Shown in pieces: positions 26,278 to 38,036 of a stretch of DNA of 64,000 nt; positions within the stretch are counted from its first letter, which is position 1; every line of letters starts with the position of its first letter. A program made the position numbers and the translations under genes. This stretch comes from Phoronis australis (taxonomy: Eukaryota > Animalia > Phoronida), in assembly GCA_002633005.1 (NCBI GenBank), contig NMRA01000130.1, forward strand, positions 1 to 64,000, read 5' to 3'. The notes beneath the pieces are model-generated. The model did no database searches. It saw only the letters and a list, made by a program, of their open reading frames with translations, and had not been told where the DNA came from.

Positions 26278-27263
26278 CATTGGCGGCTGAGATTTTTTTA
26301 GATGGGGGGGGGCGGAAATTTAAAGTCTTTAAGTTGTACGTCGTTTTATTCAGTTGGCAAAAAACGAAAATTGAATTGGGCCTTTACTCTCATAATATCA
26401 CCTTGGATACTATTTCCCGAGCAAGAACATCGAAACGATCGACTCTTTAAGAAAACACTTTCGGGTCTACTGAGGTTGGCCAAATCTAAAATTGTGAATT
26501 CGAAAATGGTGTATTTGCAAATTGTCTGCGACTTGAGTTGATAACGGAGATTGAATCATACCATTGTATGGCAGGCTCAGTTCCTACCAGAGACTAGACG
26601 GCCCTGTTCTATTCTGACTCTATCGAGGCAAGGTAACTTATTCTAGGGTATCTTGCGCCCCTTCTAATCGCTGTGTGGCCGCAAAAGTGGGTAATCATCA
26701 GCTGAGGTTACATATAGACGGGTCTTCTCGTGCGTGCCATATTCGCATCAGCTCTTGATTGTCATGCACAAAACAACAACTTCCGCCTTACCCTGGTTAT
26801 CAGATTTGCATGTGTGTGCACTATCACTAGCGCAAGTTGTTTCTAGGCTGAGTCTGTGTGGGCGGCACTTACACTTAGTTTACTCTCCGTGTGCGCTGAG
26901 TCGGTATTAGTTCGCAGACAATGCACAGCACTGATGCAAATCCTATTTTGCATGCCGTACACTTGTTTTCGCTTTACGTCAATCATACTGTCCCGAACGT
27001 GACTGCATTTCCGGTTTACATGTAGCCGACTGCCGGCAGTCAGGAAACCGGCTATGAAAAGAATATTTTAAGACCGATTTTATAAAAATCAGGGGCCCAA
27101 TTCTAACTAATCATAGCGAAATGAGGCTTTAAGATTTGACGAGATGTAAAACAAATAAACCGGCTATATGGTGAAACCACAAGACTTGAAATACGTAGAG
27201 TTGCTTGTAAATATGGCCGTTCTGAAAAAGGGCCACCCCTCCCCCCCGTCTCCGCCACCAATG
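26278..27263. mobile_element. Older ~1-kb CA…TG non-autonomous DNA transposon
   Basis: TIRs cattggcggctgaga / tctccgccaccaatg with internal G/C tracts. Flanks gtcgt/atcgc could be a decayed 5-bp TSD. Confidence 0.55.
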
Positions 27264-28773
27264 ATCGCCCGACGTCCATAACCTTAGATAAAGAAAGTGA
27301 TGCAGCTAGATCAAGTACGTTTCACTAATAATTACTTAAGGCTTAAACCAGAACATAGAACTACGTGATGAACTTGTTAGCACGTTACGGTTTAACAATA
27401 AATTGTACTAAGTTTGTGTGTGTATTGACAAATTATGAGTTATATTCTCAGTGACTTCATACGTTGCTGAAGACACTTAAATTATTTTTGAAAATAGCTG
27501 GGTAGAATTTATGACAGGTCTCTAATCTCAAAAATGCATTTTGTCTGTGAAAACGAAAACGTCCCTTTGAAACTTTTACGTTTTTGCCTACGTTTGAGCA
27601 AAATTTATAGTTGCGCATGTAAATTCGACACGTGTATTCACAATGCCGTAACAAGTGGATTTCCCGCTTTATTGGTGACGAATATTAATCAGGGACCGCT
27701 GCTAACTGACATAAGTCGTTTCGGGGGCGTTATCAGCTTTTATGCACAAATGCACGTGCATCGTATTCAAAATTTATCATTTTCGTAAAAAAGCAATGAA
27801 ATTAATTCAGAAGCCAGCTCCGTGCCGGAAAACAATAATCACAGAAAAACAAAATCTGCCTTTAAAATGTGCATCATGAAGAAATATGTCCAGCGTCACC
27901 ACTGAACTTACTGATGTCTTTGGACCACATACTCAATAGCTTACACAGAATGGAGGAATGGGCCTTTCATTATCAGGAGCTGGGTTTCCTCGAGCAAATG
28001 TACAAACAAAATAATAGTTGTGCTAAATCTAGTATAAAGAAATAAACACGGATTCAACTGTTGTACACATGAATAGTTGCACGTAGTCCATAATTTATAG
28101 ATTTACTTCGGAGTACAGCCTGCATACATACATTATTAATGATGAGTAAATAATATGAAATATTAGAAGCATAAAAACGATGTTCAAAGATTGACGATCA
28201 CGATTAGTTTTTCGTCCATTGACCTTTTGACGGATAGGGGGATAGGTCCAATGAGCAATGATATATCGCTCATTTACAACACACGGAACTAAATATACTA
28301 AATAAGTTTAATGTCATTTGGCACATGTAAATGTTCCCAAATTGTCATATTGAAAAAAACTTAGCGTGCAGCGCTACCTCTAGTTGGGATAACTTCGATG
28401 TCGACAGCGTCACCAACCGTTTACCTGGATGATCATTAACTAGCGAAGCCAGTATGAAGGGTCCAGTTAACTGCGCTGTTTACATCGACGCTCCGCTCAT
28501 ACCGGAGTTAATTCAGTATGAAAGGGCCTTATTACTTAGAATATAATGTTGGTGACCGCCCGTTAACGGCAGCTCACTCTCCGCGAATATTGCGGTCGGG
28601 TGGTGTTAGTAATACATGCTCACTGACACTGATGATGCGAACCCTACCGTGCAAACTGTACACTATATAATTATACTGCTTATCGGATACTTAGAATAAC
28701 TTATCATATACAGAATAATAGCAAACTAACAAACTAACGGCGTTTCATGTGTATTCTACAGCGGATTTAATAA

Positions 28774-29118
28774 GCTGCCGCAAAAAAATAAAACAGCAAA
28801 AGCGTAGGGAAATGTTGAGTTCATTAATTAACTCCGATAATTAAAATTATACGGCTGAAACAAGATTTAAATGTGTGCAGTTTTAGTGTTTGGGGGGAGG
28901 GGGCTCAGATCCAATTTCAAGTGTCAAATTTGGAACACGGCGCAATCGTAACGGAACCATGGCTAAATATAGGCTCTCCCGCGATATCCTAGGCGACCGG
29001 CAGTGGCACTGGGCACTACGAATCCGTTTTCGTCGTCTGCTCCACTATGCAATGAAGAAAATTACTTCATTTTTTAAAGAAAATGGAATCTGAGTGATGA
29101 TGAAAAAACAGAAGCTGC
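28774..29118 (+). mobile_element. Partial copy of the 43153-44163 element
   Basis: High identity to 43203-43547 (gctgccgcaaaaaaataaaacag…aaaaaacagaagctgc). Confidence 0.9.
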
Positions 29119-29819
29119 CCAAAATTTATTTCATTTGATACCATCGATTTAACGTGACCTTGACGCCCTCTGCTTCTGCGGCTCTAATCACAACCCATTT
29201 ACACTTTGTATTTGCATACAAGTAATAAGTCCGGTGTTTCTGTATTGGTCACGAAATCAAATAGATTCCTGCTCCTCACGCATTGTTTGCCTAAAGTTTA
29301 AGCACCAAAACACGTCGAAAGCACTTGAACACATCAAAAGTTCTCTCGAACAAACCTTGGATACGTGTAGTTTCTTCGGTCAATATTATTGTCACTTACC
29401 CAGGATAACGTCAGAATGCGTGTGCGCATCCCGGATTGCGATTCAAAGACACAAGAAACTCATGAGAAAAACTGGTGTGATCATCTAATTTGCTAGCGCA
29501 TGGCGTAATCCCTGTCAAGACTTGCGTGGTCAAATAGAGCAAGCTAAGATTTCTCGTTTGGTATGGTACGTTACTCAACTATGATCGGAATGAAGCTCAC
29601 GGGTGGTATTTTTGGCTTAATAAGCTGCTTCAATCTTGCTTTATCTTACTTTGAAGCTGACATGTCGATCGAGGCACCGCAACTTAATAAGCTGTAAATA
29701 AGCTGCTGCTATAGCTTTTGATCTTGGTGGTGAAGATGCTGTTGTTGCTTATTTGGTGTTGATAGCGGCGGACTGGCCATATGGATAGATATAAATCTGT
29801 AGATTGAGCAGTCTGTGTC

Positions 29820-29955
29820 ATGCCCTTGATAAAGAGCGTCTCGCTCGAAACGTGGAGCATAATTTAATATATTTTAGTACCGACGCTCGTCGTTTCACTT
29901 TTACTATTTTATATTCTGATGCGTCGGTAACTGCACGGCATTTCAGCATCTATCT
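29820..29955 (+). mobile_element. Penelope-like retroelement terminal fragment with a degenerate type I hammerhead-like motif
   Basis: atgccc-TTGATAA-a-gagcg(tct)cgctc-GAAA-cgtg-gagcat, followed by an AT-rich tract and an accgacgc/gcgtcggt inverted repeat. Confidence 0.5.
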
Positions 29956-31489
29956 TATTTTCTTGTGAAGCAGCAGATTGACGTAGGGAATTGCCTAAAA
30001 TCAGCAGCAGTCTGCATTGTTACTTACCATTTTGTCTGGATTAAGTAAAATGGCGGTCAGCACTTGCTGCAGTTTTCAGCTTATTGAAGTTTTCAGTAAT
30101 TCTAGTTACATGAATTGTAGTTAGCCAGATTTAACGAATATGCCAAGTCTTAAAATCCACAGTCACATTTCTATGAAAGGGGTCCAATTCTAATAATGGG
30201 AAAGGAGTGTTGGACCTCTCAGGAAATGGGCCTACGCGGCATTGAACCGCGCGTGGTAGATAATAGAGCTCTCCTTTATCGCGGAGGTAAGAAAGCGCGT
30301 GCCTCATTTTGGAATGTCATGCACATTTTCATAAGTCATGACGGAAACCGTCGAGGTCTATGGCCTTGATTCCCGGTTTCAAACGTTCAAAAGTACCGGA
30401 ATTATTCGGGTATCTCTAGGATCGAAAGAGACGGATTCTGTTCTATTCAAAATCAATCTGGTGCCGTGTTTCATGATCTATTTTCTTGTCTTTGATTGAT
30501 GTCGGGTAAAAAGCTTAACATCACACCTGGGTGTTTGTCAAGTTTATCCAACTTTCTCCAGTGGGAGTTGCAACCACAGTACAACAGCAATACGATATTG
30601 CCATTGGAAGAAGGAATAGAGCAATACAGCCAATAAGAACGTGGAAAGAATACACTAACAACAAAGAACATGTGGAACACAATAACGCGAAAACCGCGAG
30701 GCTACAAAAGTGTTTAACAGATGCTGCCGCCATTGGTGGTAAATGCAGGGAGATTTGAGAGTCGCTTTGAAATGCGGGATCGCCCTATTGGTCAGCGAGT
30801 AGTGATGCAATGCTCCTTGAGTGATATTTTTCAGCCATACCAGGATCTTATCAAGTAAACAAGATTTCAATAGAACTTATGGCTCGTAATGGTCCAACAT
30901 TCGGATTCGAGTTTCAAGAGCACGTTATTGTTGAAACCGGGGTAGAGTTTCGTAGACGCAAGAATCTTGCTAAAGAAGCTAGCTTGATTCGCTTCCAATA
31001 ATATATGGCGATGTCTTACTTAGCTTGGTGTCCCTGAACTTTACTTTCCTTAAGACTGGTTCTTCACTTCTTGGTGTGTATCCGGTGCATAAGCCCTTAT
31101 GCGCAAAAACCGACTCTGAAATCAGTGCAAACATGGGGATACTTTTTCCATAAACTGGGGACAAATGTAAAATTGAAATAAATTTTGACTGGGAGTGAAG
31201 GCTTTTTGTAGCAAACAGTGGGCATGACCCCGTCGCGCCCCAGTGGCTTTTCGAGTATTATCGGTTAAGGGTGACAGACAATTCTATCTTGTTTCGTCTG
31301 TGGTACATTTCGGCTTTTAGATGAAGCGAAGTAACGTGCCATTAGCGTGGGACCAACCCACTAATCCAGAATTCAGGTGTGCGATATTACGACAATTCGC
31401 AGTCACGGTCCTATGGGGGCCTCAATTTAACCAGTAACTCTAGTGCTTCCCCTATTATAGCAATTGCATGCTCTATTTAAAGCACTATA

Positions 31490-31496
31490 ATTGTAG

Positions 31497-31543
<47 letters not shown>

Positions 31544-31548
31544 ATTGT
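31490..31548. repeat. (GTT)n microsatellite
   Basis: Seen directly. Confidence 0.98.
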
Positions 31549-31627
31549 TAGTTAGTTAGTTATTATCTAAGCCCTTCACGTCGTTCTATTATATGCATAC
31601 GTCACGTACGTGTTATTTCAGATAAAC

Positions 31628-31816
31628 ATGACTGATGACCATGTGATGTCCAGCCCCGGATGGCATTCGTTTAGAGATTTTGGCAAGTTCTCGTATTACG
31701 GTGAGAGTTTTGTAGCTGCCAAGGATGCCGATCCCAAAGTTCTCCGTGTGGTAGCTATCTGTGCACTTTTCTCGCTCTCGGCCATTGTTGCTGTGTTAGG
31801 AATCAGAGGGCACGAG
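31628..31816 (+). CDS. DUOXA: DUOX maturation factor paralog a, coding exon 1 (exon starts at 31622)
   Basis: ttatttcag|ataaacATG. MTDDHVMSSPGWHSFRDFGKFSYY…TM1…LGIRGHE|gtaagg, phase 0. GIRG is the DUOXA motif after TM1. Confidence 0.9.
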
Positions 31817-31911
31817 GTAAGGAAATTATCCTACTGCTTTGAATGGTATATTACTAAGAGCAATATTAGTAAACAACCTGCTGAAGAATACAATTTTTCC
31901 TCTTTTTTCAG

Positions 31912-31969
31912 AAATGGATCGCTTTGCTGAAAACAGTGTGCACTCTTTACGTCGGCGTCGCTCTATTGC
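31912..31969 (+). CDS. DUOXA: DUOXA-a exon 2 (58 nt, TM2)
   Basis: tttttcag|KWIALLKTVCTLYVGVALL|gtaagt, phase 0 to 1; same length as paralog b exon 2. Confidence 0.92.
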
Positions 31970-32609
31970 GTAAGTTGTTTTTATCAAAAATGTCGGACAC
32001 AAACAACATGGAATATATTGCCGCTAAGGATTTGAAGTATAGTTGTTTGACTGAGTTGCCGGTCACTTTACCAGCTCACGGATTATGCCAAAAACTTTCT
32101 TTCAGAAGCATAAGCCTAGGAAGGTTTGCTTCAGTGGTGCCACGATTTTGGTCTTTAAAAGGTGTCTTTTATAAAAATTTTAAAATATGCCAAAAAGATT
32201 TATTGCCGAGCTCATTCAATAGGGCGTGTAAAAGGAACGTGAGAAAATGCGGGGAGAAACGTCACATCGGAATGAGCAGATGGAACATCGTGTCGATTAT
32301 AGTTTTGTTTACTTCCGAGAGTAAAATTGATACCGGGCTGAAATCAAGGTTAACTTTTTTAGGGTCCAGTTTGTGGAAAGTTGCATTAAAGTCTACTTTG
32401 AAAGAGAGCGGCCAAAATCAGACATTTGATTGTGTCACATGGGCTCAAAATAAGACACGTGATTTTGTCACATGGATAAAAGCGATCACGTGGATATGCT
32501 TCTTGGAAAGAACTGTCAAGGAGTGAGCTTAGGAAAGTGCGCAAATCACAGTCAACTAGGGATGGAACGTCTTCTACCGACAACGTCTCATTGACATGTT
32601 TCTTTATAG

Positions 32610-32759
32610 TGGGACTATATGGTAAAAACTGGCAGGTTGGTCGCGTGAAGACGGCGCATGCTTACATCTCTCGTGGTCACGTGGCAGCAGCTGAGATTTC
32701 CGTTTTCATCGGACTCAACGAGTTAAACATCACTTTGAGTGCCGACTACGACCCATCCG
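32610..32759 (+). CDS. DUOXA: DUOXA-a exon 3 (luminal loop)
   Basis: ctttatag|(L)GLYGKNWQVGRVKTAHAY…VFIGLNELNITLSADYDPS|gtaaac. Contains W-x-V-G and IGL-x-x-x-NITL (N-glycosylation sequon). Confidence 0.92.
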
Positions 32760-32991
32760 GTAAACCATTTCACGCCAAACATTTATTGGATTTGCTTTTT
32801 AAAATGAAAGTATTGAATGGACATCTATTTAGTTATGCCTTTGTCGTTATCAAACTTTCGATTTTCATTTCAGTTTTCAGCTTTTACACTATGCGAGCTT
32901 ATTTTCTAAAATAATGACGTTTAGTTTATTTGACATTTCATCGGCGATTTTTTAAGGTATACTTACGTTCATGATGTTTTCAAAATTATAG

Positions 32992-33045
32992 GGAATGGAA
33001 AAAACATATACTTTAATGAAGAATTTCATTGGAGTGGAAGATTAG
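32992..33045 (+). CDS. DUOXA: DUOXA-a exon 4
   Basis: attatag|(G)NGKNIYFNEEFHWSGRL|gtaaga; NEEFxW DUOXA motif; phase 1 to 1. Confidence 0.92.
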   Translation, partial: GMEKTYTLMKNFIGVED

Positions 33046-33628
33046 GTAAGAACGATTTATTTGTTGTCATCCGTTAAGTAATCCAATTAATTGTCAATTT
33101 GCTTGCACTGTTCCAGAAGTTTGGCTCTCGTGATCTTTATTCACATCGTGTTATATCAATAACAAATATTGTAAATGAAATCAAAAATTCATTGAGAGAC
33201 GAAATCAAGGGAAACAAATGTTAAAACAAACTTTAAATTTTAATACACGTCAAGAATATCTATCACAAAAAGGCTAGTTGATATCAGAGTCTCCTCTTTA
33301 TCTTTTTCAGTTGGGCAAGGTAATATTGAAGAAAATGAGGATAATTCAGAGATAACATGGAAACGTCCAGTCAAGTGACTGAATACCGGTTAAGAGCCGA
33401 ACTCAACGATCTAGCACTTAGTACTACCAAATGGAGTTTTACAGCAGAACTATTCGACTCGCCAGGAAGGCAATAGTTCCTCTTGGTCTTGTGTTTAATT
33501 ATACAGGCTAAATACTCATTACCGCAACTATACTTTGTAGATTCGATACACTTGTGGACTAGTTTATAATTTCAATATTTTACTAAGCTATTCTTAAAGT
33601 CGCGTGATGTAAATTTCCTTCTAATTAG

Positions 33629-33785
33629 GTCAAACTATTGGGATCGAGGACTTTGAAGCCAGCCGCAAAAAAGGCGTGCCATTTGCCTTACTGACAGTTA
33701 TAGATCATCTCACATGTGACTTTGGCGACTGGAAATGGGCCAGGAAGAACAGACAAGGCGGGTACTATGCTACTTTCTGTCTATG
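33629..33785 (+). CDS. DUOXA: DUOXA-a exon 5
   Basis: ctaattag|(G)QTIGIEDFEASRKKGVPFALLTVIDHLTCDFGDWKWARKNRQGGYYATFCLW|gtgagt, phase 1 to 2; KGxP…RxxGxYAxxxLW motif. Confidence 0.92.
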
Positions 33786-33968
33786 GTGAGTCTTACGAAA
33801 TTGCATTTTAGCGATGAAAACATGCCTAAGTAGACTTAAACAATATTCAGGAACACCGCCTGCATATTTTGCAGCTAAGGTTTTTGAGCAATCAGGCTAA
33901 ATTTCAAAATTCACACTTTTGTCATGACTGAGCCAGTTAGAATTCCTTGTCTGCATTTTTCACCACAG

Positions 33969-34180
33969 GACAGCGTTCGCTGTATGGCTTCTGTGCAATG
34001 TTTCCTTCTGTCTGGACATTTTGTATGCAGCCCAGCTGATGACGCTATGTGGGGCTTTGACGCTACTTAGCAATTTCCTCTATTGGCTGATACAACCTCC
34101 GTCACACTTGGCCATCCAATTCGAAGACGGTTCTATCCACTTGAAATTTGGATGGACATTCTGGATGGTTTTAGCTGCTG
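33969..34180 (+). CDS. DUOXA: DUOXA-a exon 6
   Basis: ccacag|(W)TAFAVWLLCNV…LAIQFEDGSIHLKFGWTFWMVLAA|gtaagt; AFxxWLLxN and FGWxFW motifs; phase 2 to 1. Confidence 0.94.
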
Positions 34181-34397
34181 GTAAGTTACAAAACACGAAT
34201 CAAGAATCAACGTCTTTGCTTCCACGGTCTTTTGCGTATTCTCAAAAACAAGGATCCCTCGTGGTTAAGCGGCTTCCTCTGTATTTTTATAAAATAACAA
34301 AATCGAGAGACTGTCTGTTGAATATTTACATGTACGCGCAATGCCCACCGCACGTTAACAAAGATAATAATAACGTTGTATTTTAGTTAGTATTACT

Positions 34398-34440
34398 GTT
34401 GTTGTTGCTGTTGCTGTTGCTGTTGTTGTTGGCGTTGTCG

Positions 34441-34493
<53 letters not shown>
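34398..34493. repeat. (TTG)n microsatellite (intronic)
   Basis: Seen directly. Confidence 0.98.
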
Positions 34494-34836
34494 CATCTAT
34501 GACCATAGTATCACTATGATTCGCGCTTTGCACTTGCAATACTGTGCATTTGTTGGGCACTTACATCAGGATCAGTATTGTTCTAGATTGTGCTGGTCAT
34601 TATTAACATTAAAATTAGTTCTGTTGGAACTGAAATATCACTTTTGCACAATTTTTGGAATGGTGTCATCAAGATATGAAATTGAATGGAGCGTGATAGT
34701 TGTTCCTGGGTTGTTCGATTCAGCTAAGAAGTGTATTCGATACCTAATTTTTGAAAACTAGCTCAATCATGACATTCCATTTTCCTACCCCCAAAAAAGG
34801 AGAGTTGAATACGTAGCTATTTGTTATGCATTTTAG

Positions 34837-34955
34837 GAGCCGAATTCTTCCTTATTGGAGTTGCGATTTGGATCACAGCCGTCTGCTCACCTGACAAAAC
34901 AGCCTCAATGTTTGATTTAGAAGCGACTGAAGAAGATTATTATTACTACGACGAG
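34837..34955 (+). CDS. DUOXA: DUOXA-a exon 7 (end of last TM, start of tail)
   Basis: ttttag|(G)AEFFLIGVAIWITAVCSPDKTASMFDLEATEEDYYYYDE|gttcgt, phase 1 to 0. Confidence 0.88.
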
Positions 34956-35390
34956 GTTCGTTGAAAGTTGACAACTACTTTTCTTCAATACTTCAAAACG
35001 CTTTTCCATTAAAATGTTTTACACGGTACTGTTCCTTTTGTTAAGCACACAATACCTCTAGAATAATTAAATCGGAAGTGCGGATTTTGTCGCTCACCAT
35101 GGGTTAAAAAGTGACCTCGCAAAACCTTGAACCGTTATTTAAATCTACGAAAACCCATCTTCATTGTTAAATAATAACGTTTTGTTTAGTCCACTTACGG
35201 TTATAAAATTTGCCTCACTTCGTTTCTTGCTCATACATGTATGACGTGGTTCCTGAGCCTGAGAAGAGTTGATAGTTCATTATTACTTGAGACCATGGTC
35301 AATAACTAGAGTTGACCCGGTTGGTCATGTGATGCAACAAGCGTTGTCTCAAGTAATAACGAGCTATCATTTCTGGATAAGGCACAGCTA

Positions 35391-35647
35391 CGTGCGCACC
35401 GCCAGGGGGCTCGGGGTGCTCGAACGAGTCCCCTCATTTGGCAATGTGGGCGAAAAGGTTCGCCTCAGACAAAAAAACTCCGAAAAATGTACAAAACGAA
35501 GCAAAAATCCGCTAATAAGGCAGGAACTTCCAAAATTCGGCGAATGCACAATTCATATCTCTGAAGCTACCCCGTGAATCTTAGTAAAAAGTCCGCATTC
35601 TCAAAAATTCGAGCCCCGTCCCAATTTTTAAGCTGAGTGTGCGCATG
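35391..35647. mobile_element. MITE with 5-bp TSD (AGCTA)
   Basis: agcta|cgtgcgcac…gtgtgcgcatg|agcta; related copy at 51976-52210. Confidence 0.85.
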
Positions 35648-37656
35648 AGCTATGCTCCTTTGGTCGTAAATCGTAAACTTAACGTTATGTAGGAATTTCT
35701 CTTTGTTTTTAGCAAATATCTACAAAACTATAGGTTTTTATGTAGCAAGTCTTCAGAAATTAATTTTTAATTTTTACCAATCTATCAATAACTGGATCAC
35801 GCGACCATGCTTTTAATGAATTTGAATGAAAATAATACATACAAAACAAATGCATCATCAACGTGACCAAATTTTGTTCGATTTTGTTCCAGATGAAATC
35901 TCATCAACGATACAATTTTTTAAACTTTCATTTGGTTTTTCTTTCGTATAAATTTTGTTGTTTTTTATAAATGTCTTGTTTTTGATAGCTCCTCGCGCGA
36001 AAGTGGAACGTTTTAAAAAACAACTCATGTTTTGGAGAACATTGCGTAAAGTATGGCACCTGAGTCCGATAAGCCATTTTTGATACATGATACTTCTACA
36101 TAACCTTAATCATAAAACAAGGTGAAGGGGTATGTCTCAAAATTCCTCCAGCAGCTGGTGTACTTTACAGGACTGCAATCAACTCCCACAGATGCACAAT
36201 TTTCTTCTCTTTTCTCGTTTCTTCGACCTACATGTACTGGGAGAGTCTTGGCGCGACATTGAATGTCGTCTGACATTTTTCAGGCCCTTGAGTCGTGACC
36301 ATTTTGTTCAGAATGTGATTAATAAGGCCAACCAAAAGAGTAGTCTGTGTTTAACATAACCTTCGATAAGGAGATGGCCATGTCTTTTGGTTATTAATTA
36401 GCATTTAATTAAAGACAATAGTATATATTTTGCTTAGCTCAGATGCGAACTCATGGACGATCTAATGCCACTGTCTTCGTGAAATAATAAGGACCCAGAC
36501 ACCAGTTTCCATTTGTAGCTATTTTATCGTTGTTACCTTACAAATGTTAAAAAGGCATGGAAGGAGAATACTCATAAAAATCCTAGCGAATCTACTTTTT
36601 GTGGATGCTAACGTGAGAGTTATACACTTTGAATATTGCAAGAACTTATAGAAAAAATCGTTATCGTTAGATTTGCTATTTTTGAAATAGACGAAAAATG
36701 AAATTTTTCATCCCAGCGCAGTTTTCAAATTCCCTACCCCTAAAAATACATATGCGCGCATACCCTCGGAGAAGTCGTACTGACTGCTGATTGAAATCGC
36801 CATTGTTTTGTTCAAATCACAAGTCAAAAGTTATGTTTTCCATTTGTCTTGCTATACCAACTAAGGAGACGTGCTTTGCCTTGGGAGACAAAATTTGACG
36901 AACTGAAAAGCAGGTGATGATGTTTTTTTTAATTTGAAAGGGAAAATACATTGATATCAGCAGAAACTTAGAATGTTCACGAAAAAAAACCCGTAAAAAT
37001 ACCCGATGAAATCTTTGACTTCTGTTTTAGTGGCAATGAGTCCTTTTGAATAATGCGATTTATTCTGTTTTTCACGTTCTGTGACACTTAAACCGACACT
37101 ATGAGGTTTTGAAACATTACGTCAGAAACTTATGGATCGTGTCTTGTATTCAGTCTGAACAACATTGTTGAAGAAATAGGAAGTAAAAACTCAAAATAGC
37201 AAAAGTAAAGTCTATAATTTTCAATGACATTTTTAAAATCACGCGACTTATGGCCTTTAAGGTTGTGCAAGAACCTAGAAAACTTCTGAATTTGCATAAC
37301 TTCAAAAATTGGTTGATGAGGTTTGCATAATACTTTCAAGTATTATTCTTTATACTCTGGTCTCCAAAATTCTCTTAAGAATTGTTTTTGAAATGTTCAA
37401 CTTTGTGATAAGAGGCTGTCAAAGTTAAACTTCGATAATTTTTATGAAAAAAACATAACATTGCATAAAACGAAATCATAATTTGGTCTACTTATGTCAA
37501 GTAAAAATTAATCATGTTATCGATACTGTTGTTTGGCTATCAACGTACCTTTCCTTTTTACTAAAAAGACACGGTCATGTAGCCCAATTGATAGCAGATT
37601 CAGAAAGTTTAAAATCCTATTCTGCAAGCTCTCTATTTTCAGAATATATGTACTTT

Positions 37657-37894
37657 CAGTGGCAGATCTACGATTTCAGTAAGGGGGGGTTTAGGATTCG
37701 AAACAATCCGAGGCGCGAAGCGCAGAGTAGAAGGAAGGTCGCGAGAGGGTTTCCCTCCTCCCGTGTAAGATTTTTTGGGATTTTTAGTAGCTAAATTCGT
37801 TTTTCTGGCGATTTTTTTTCCAGTTTTTATTTTTGATCCTGTCCCGAGGGGGGGGGTTTAAACCCCCTGAACCCCCCCTGTAGATCCGCCTCTG
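37657..37894. mobile_element. MITE with 5-bp TSD (ACTTT)
   Basis: acttt|cagtggcagatctac…gtagatccgcctctg|acttt. Confidence 0.9.
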
Positions 37895-38036
37895 ACTTTA
37901 ACCTAAGTATAGTTTTCTTGACGTTTGGCTAAGTACGCAGTCTTCTCTATAAGGTCCTACATAAATTAATACTAACTGATACAGTAACAGTGACAACTCA
38001 GTCACTGCCCTCCATTAACCTTCTCAATCGTTCTAG

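Noticed and set aside
26700-27060. ETS/AP-1-like motif cluster as the shared promoter
   Set aside because: It lies inside the TIR-bounded element 26278-27263, and short motifs alone are not evidence.
30521-30733. Hydrophobic 70-aa minus-strand ORF (MAAASVKHF…) as DUOX exon 1
   Set aside because: There is no good phase-1 donor after the hydrophobic stretch and no recognisable homology.
31924-32526. 200-aa ORF
   Set aside because: DUOXA-a exon 2 read through into the intron.
34399-34761. Poly-Leu ORF
   Set aside because: Translation of an intronic (TTG)n microsatellite.
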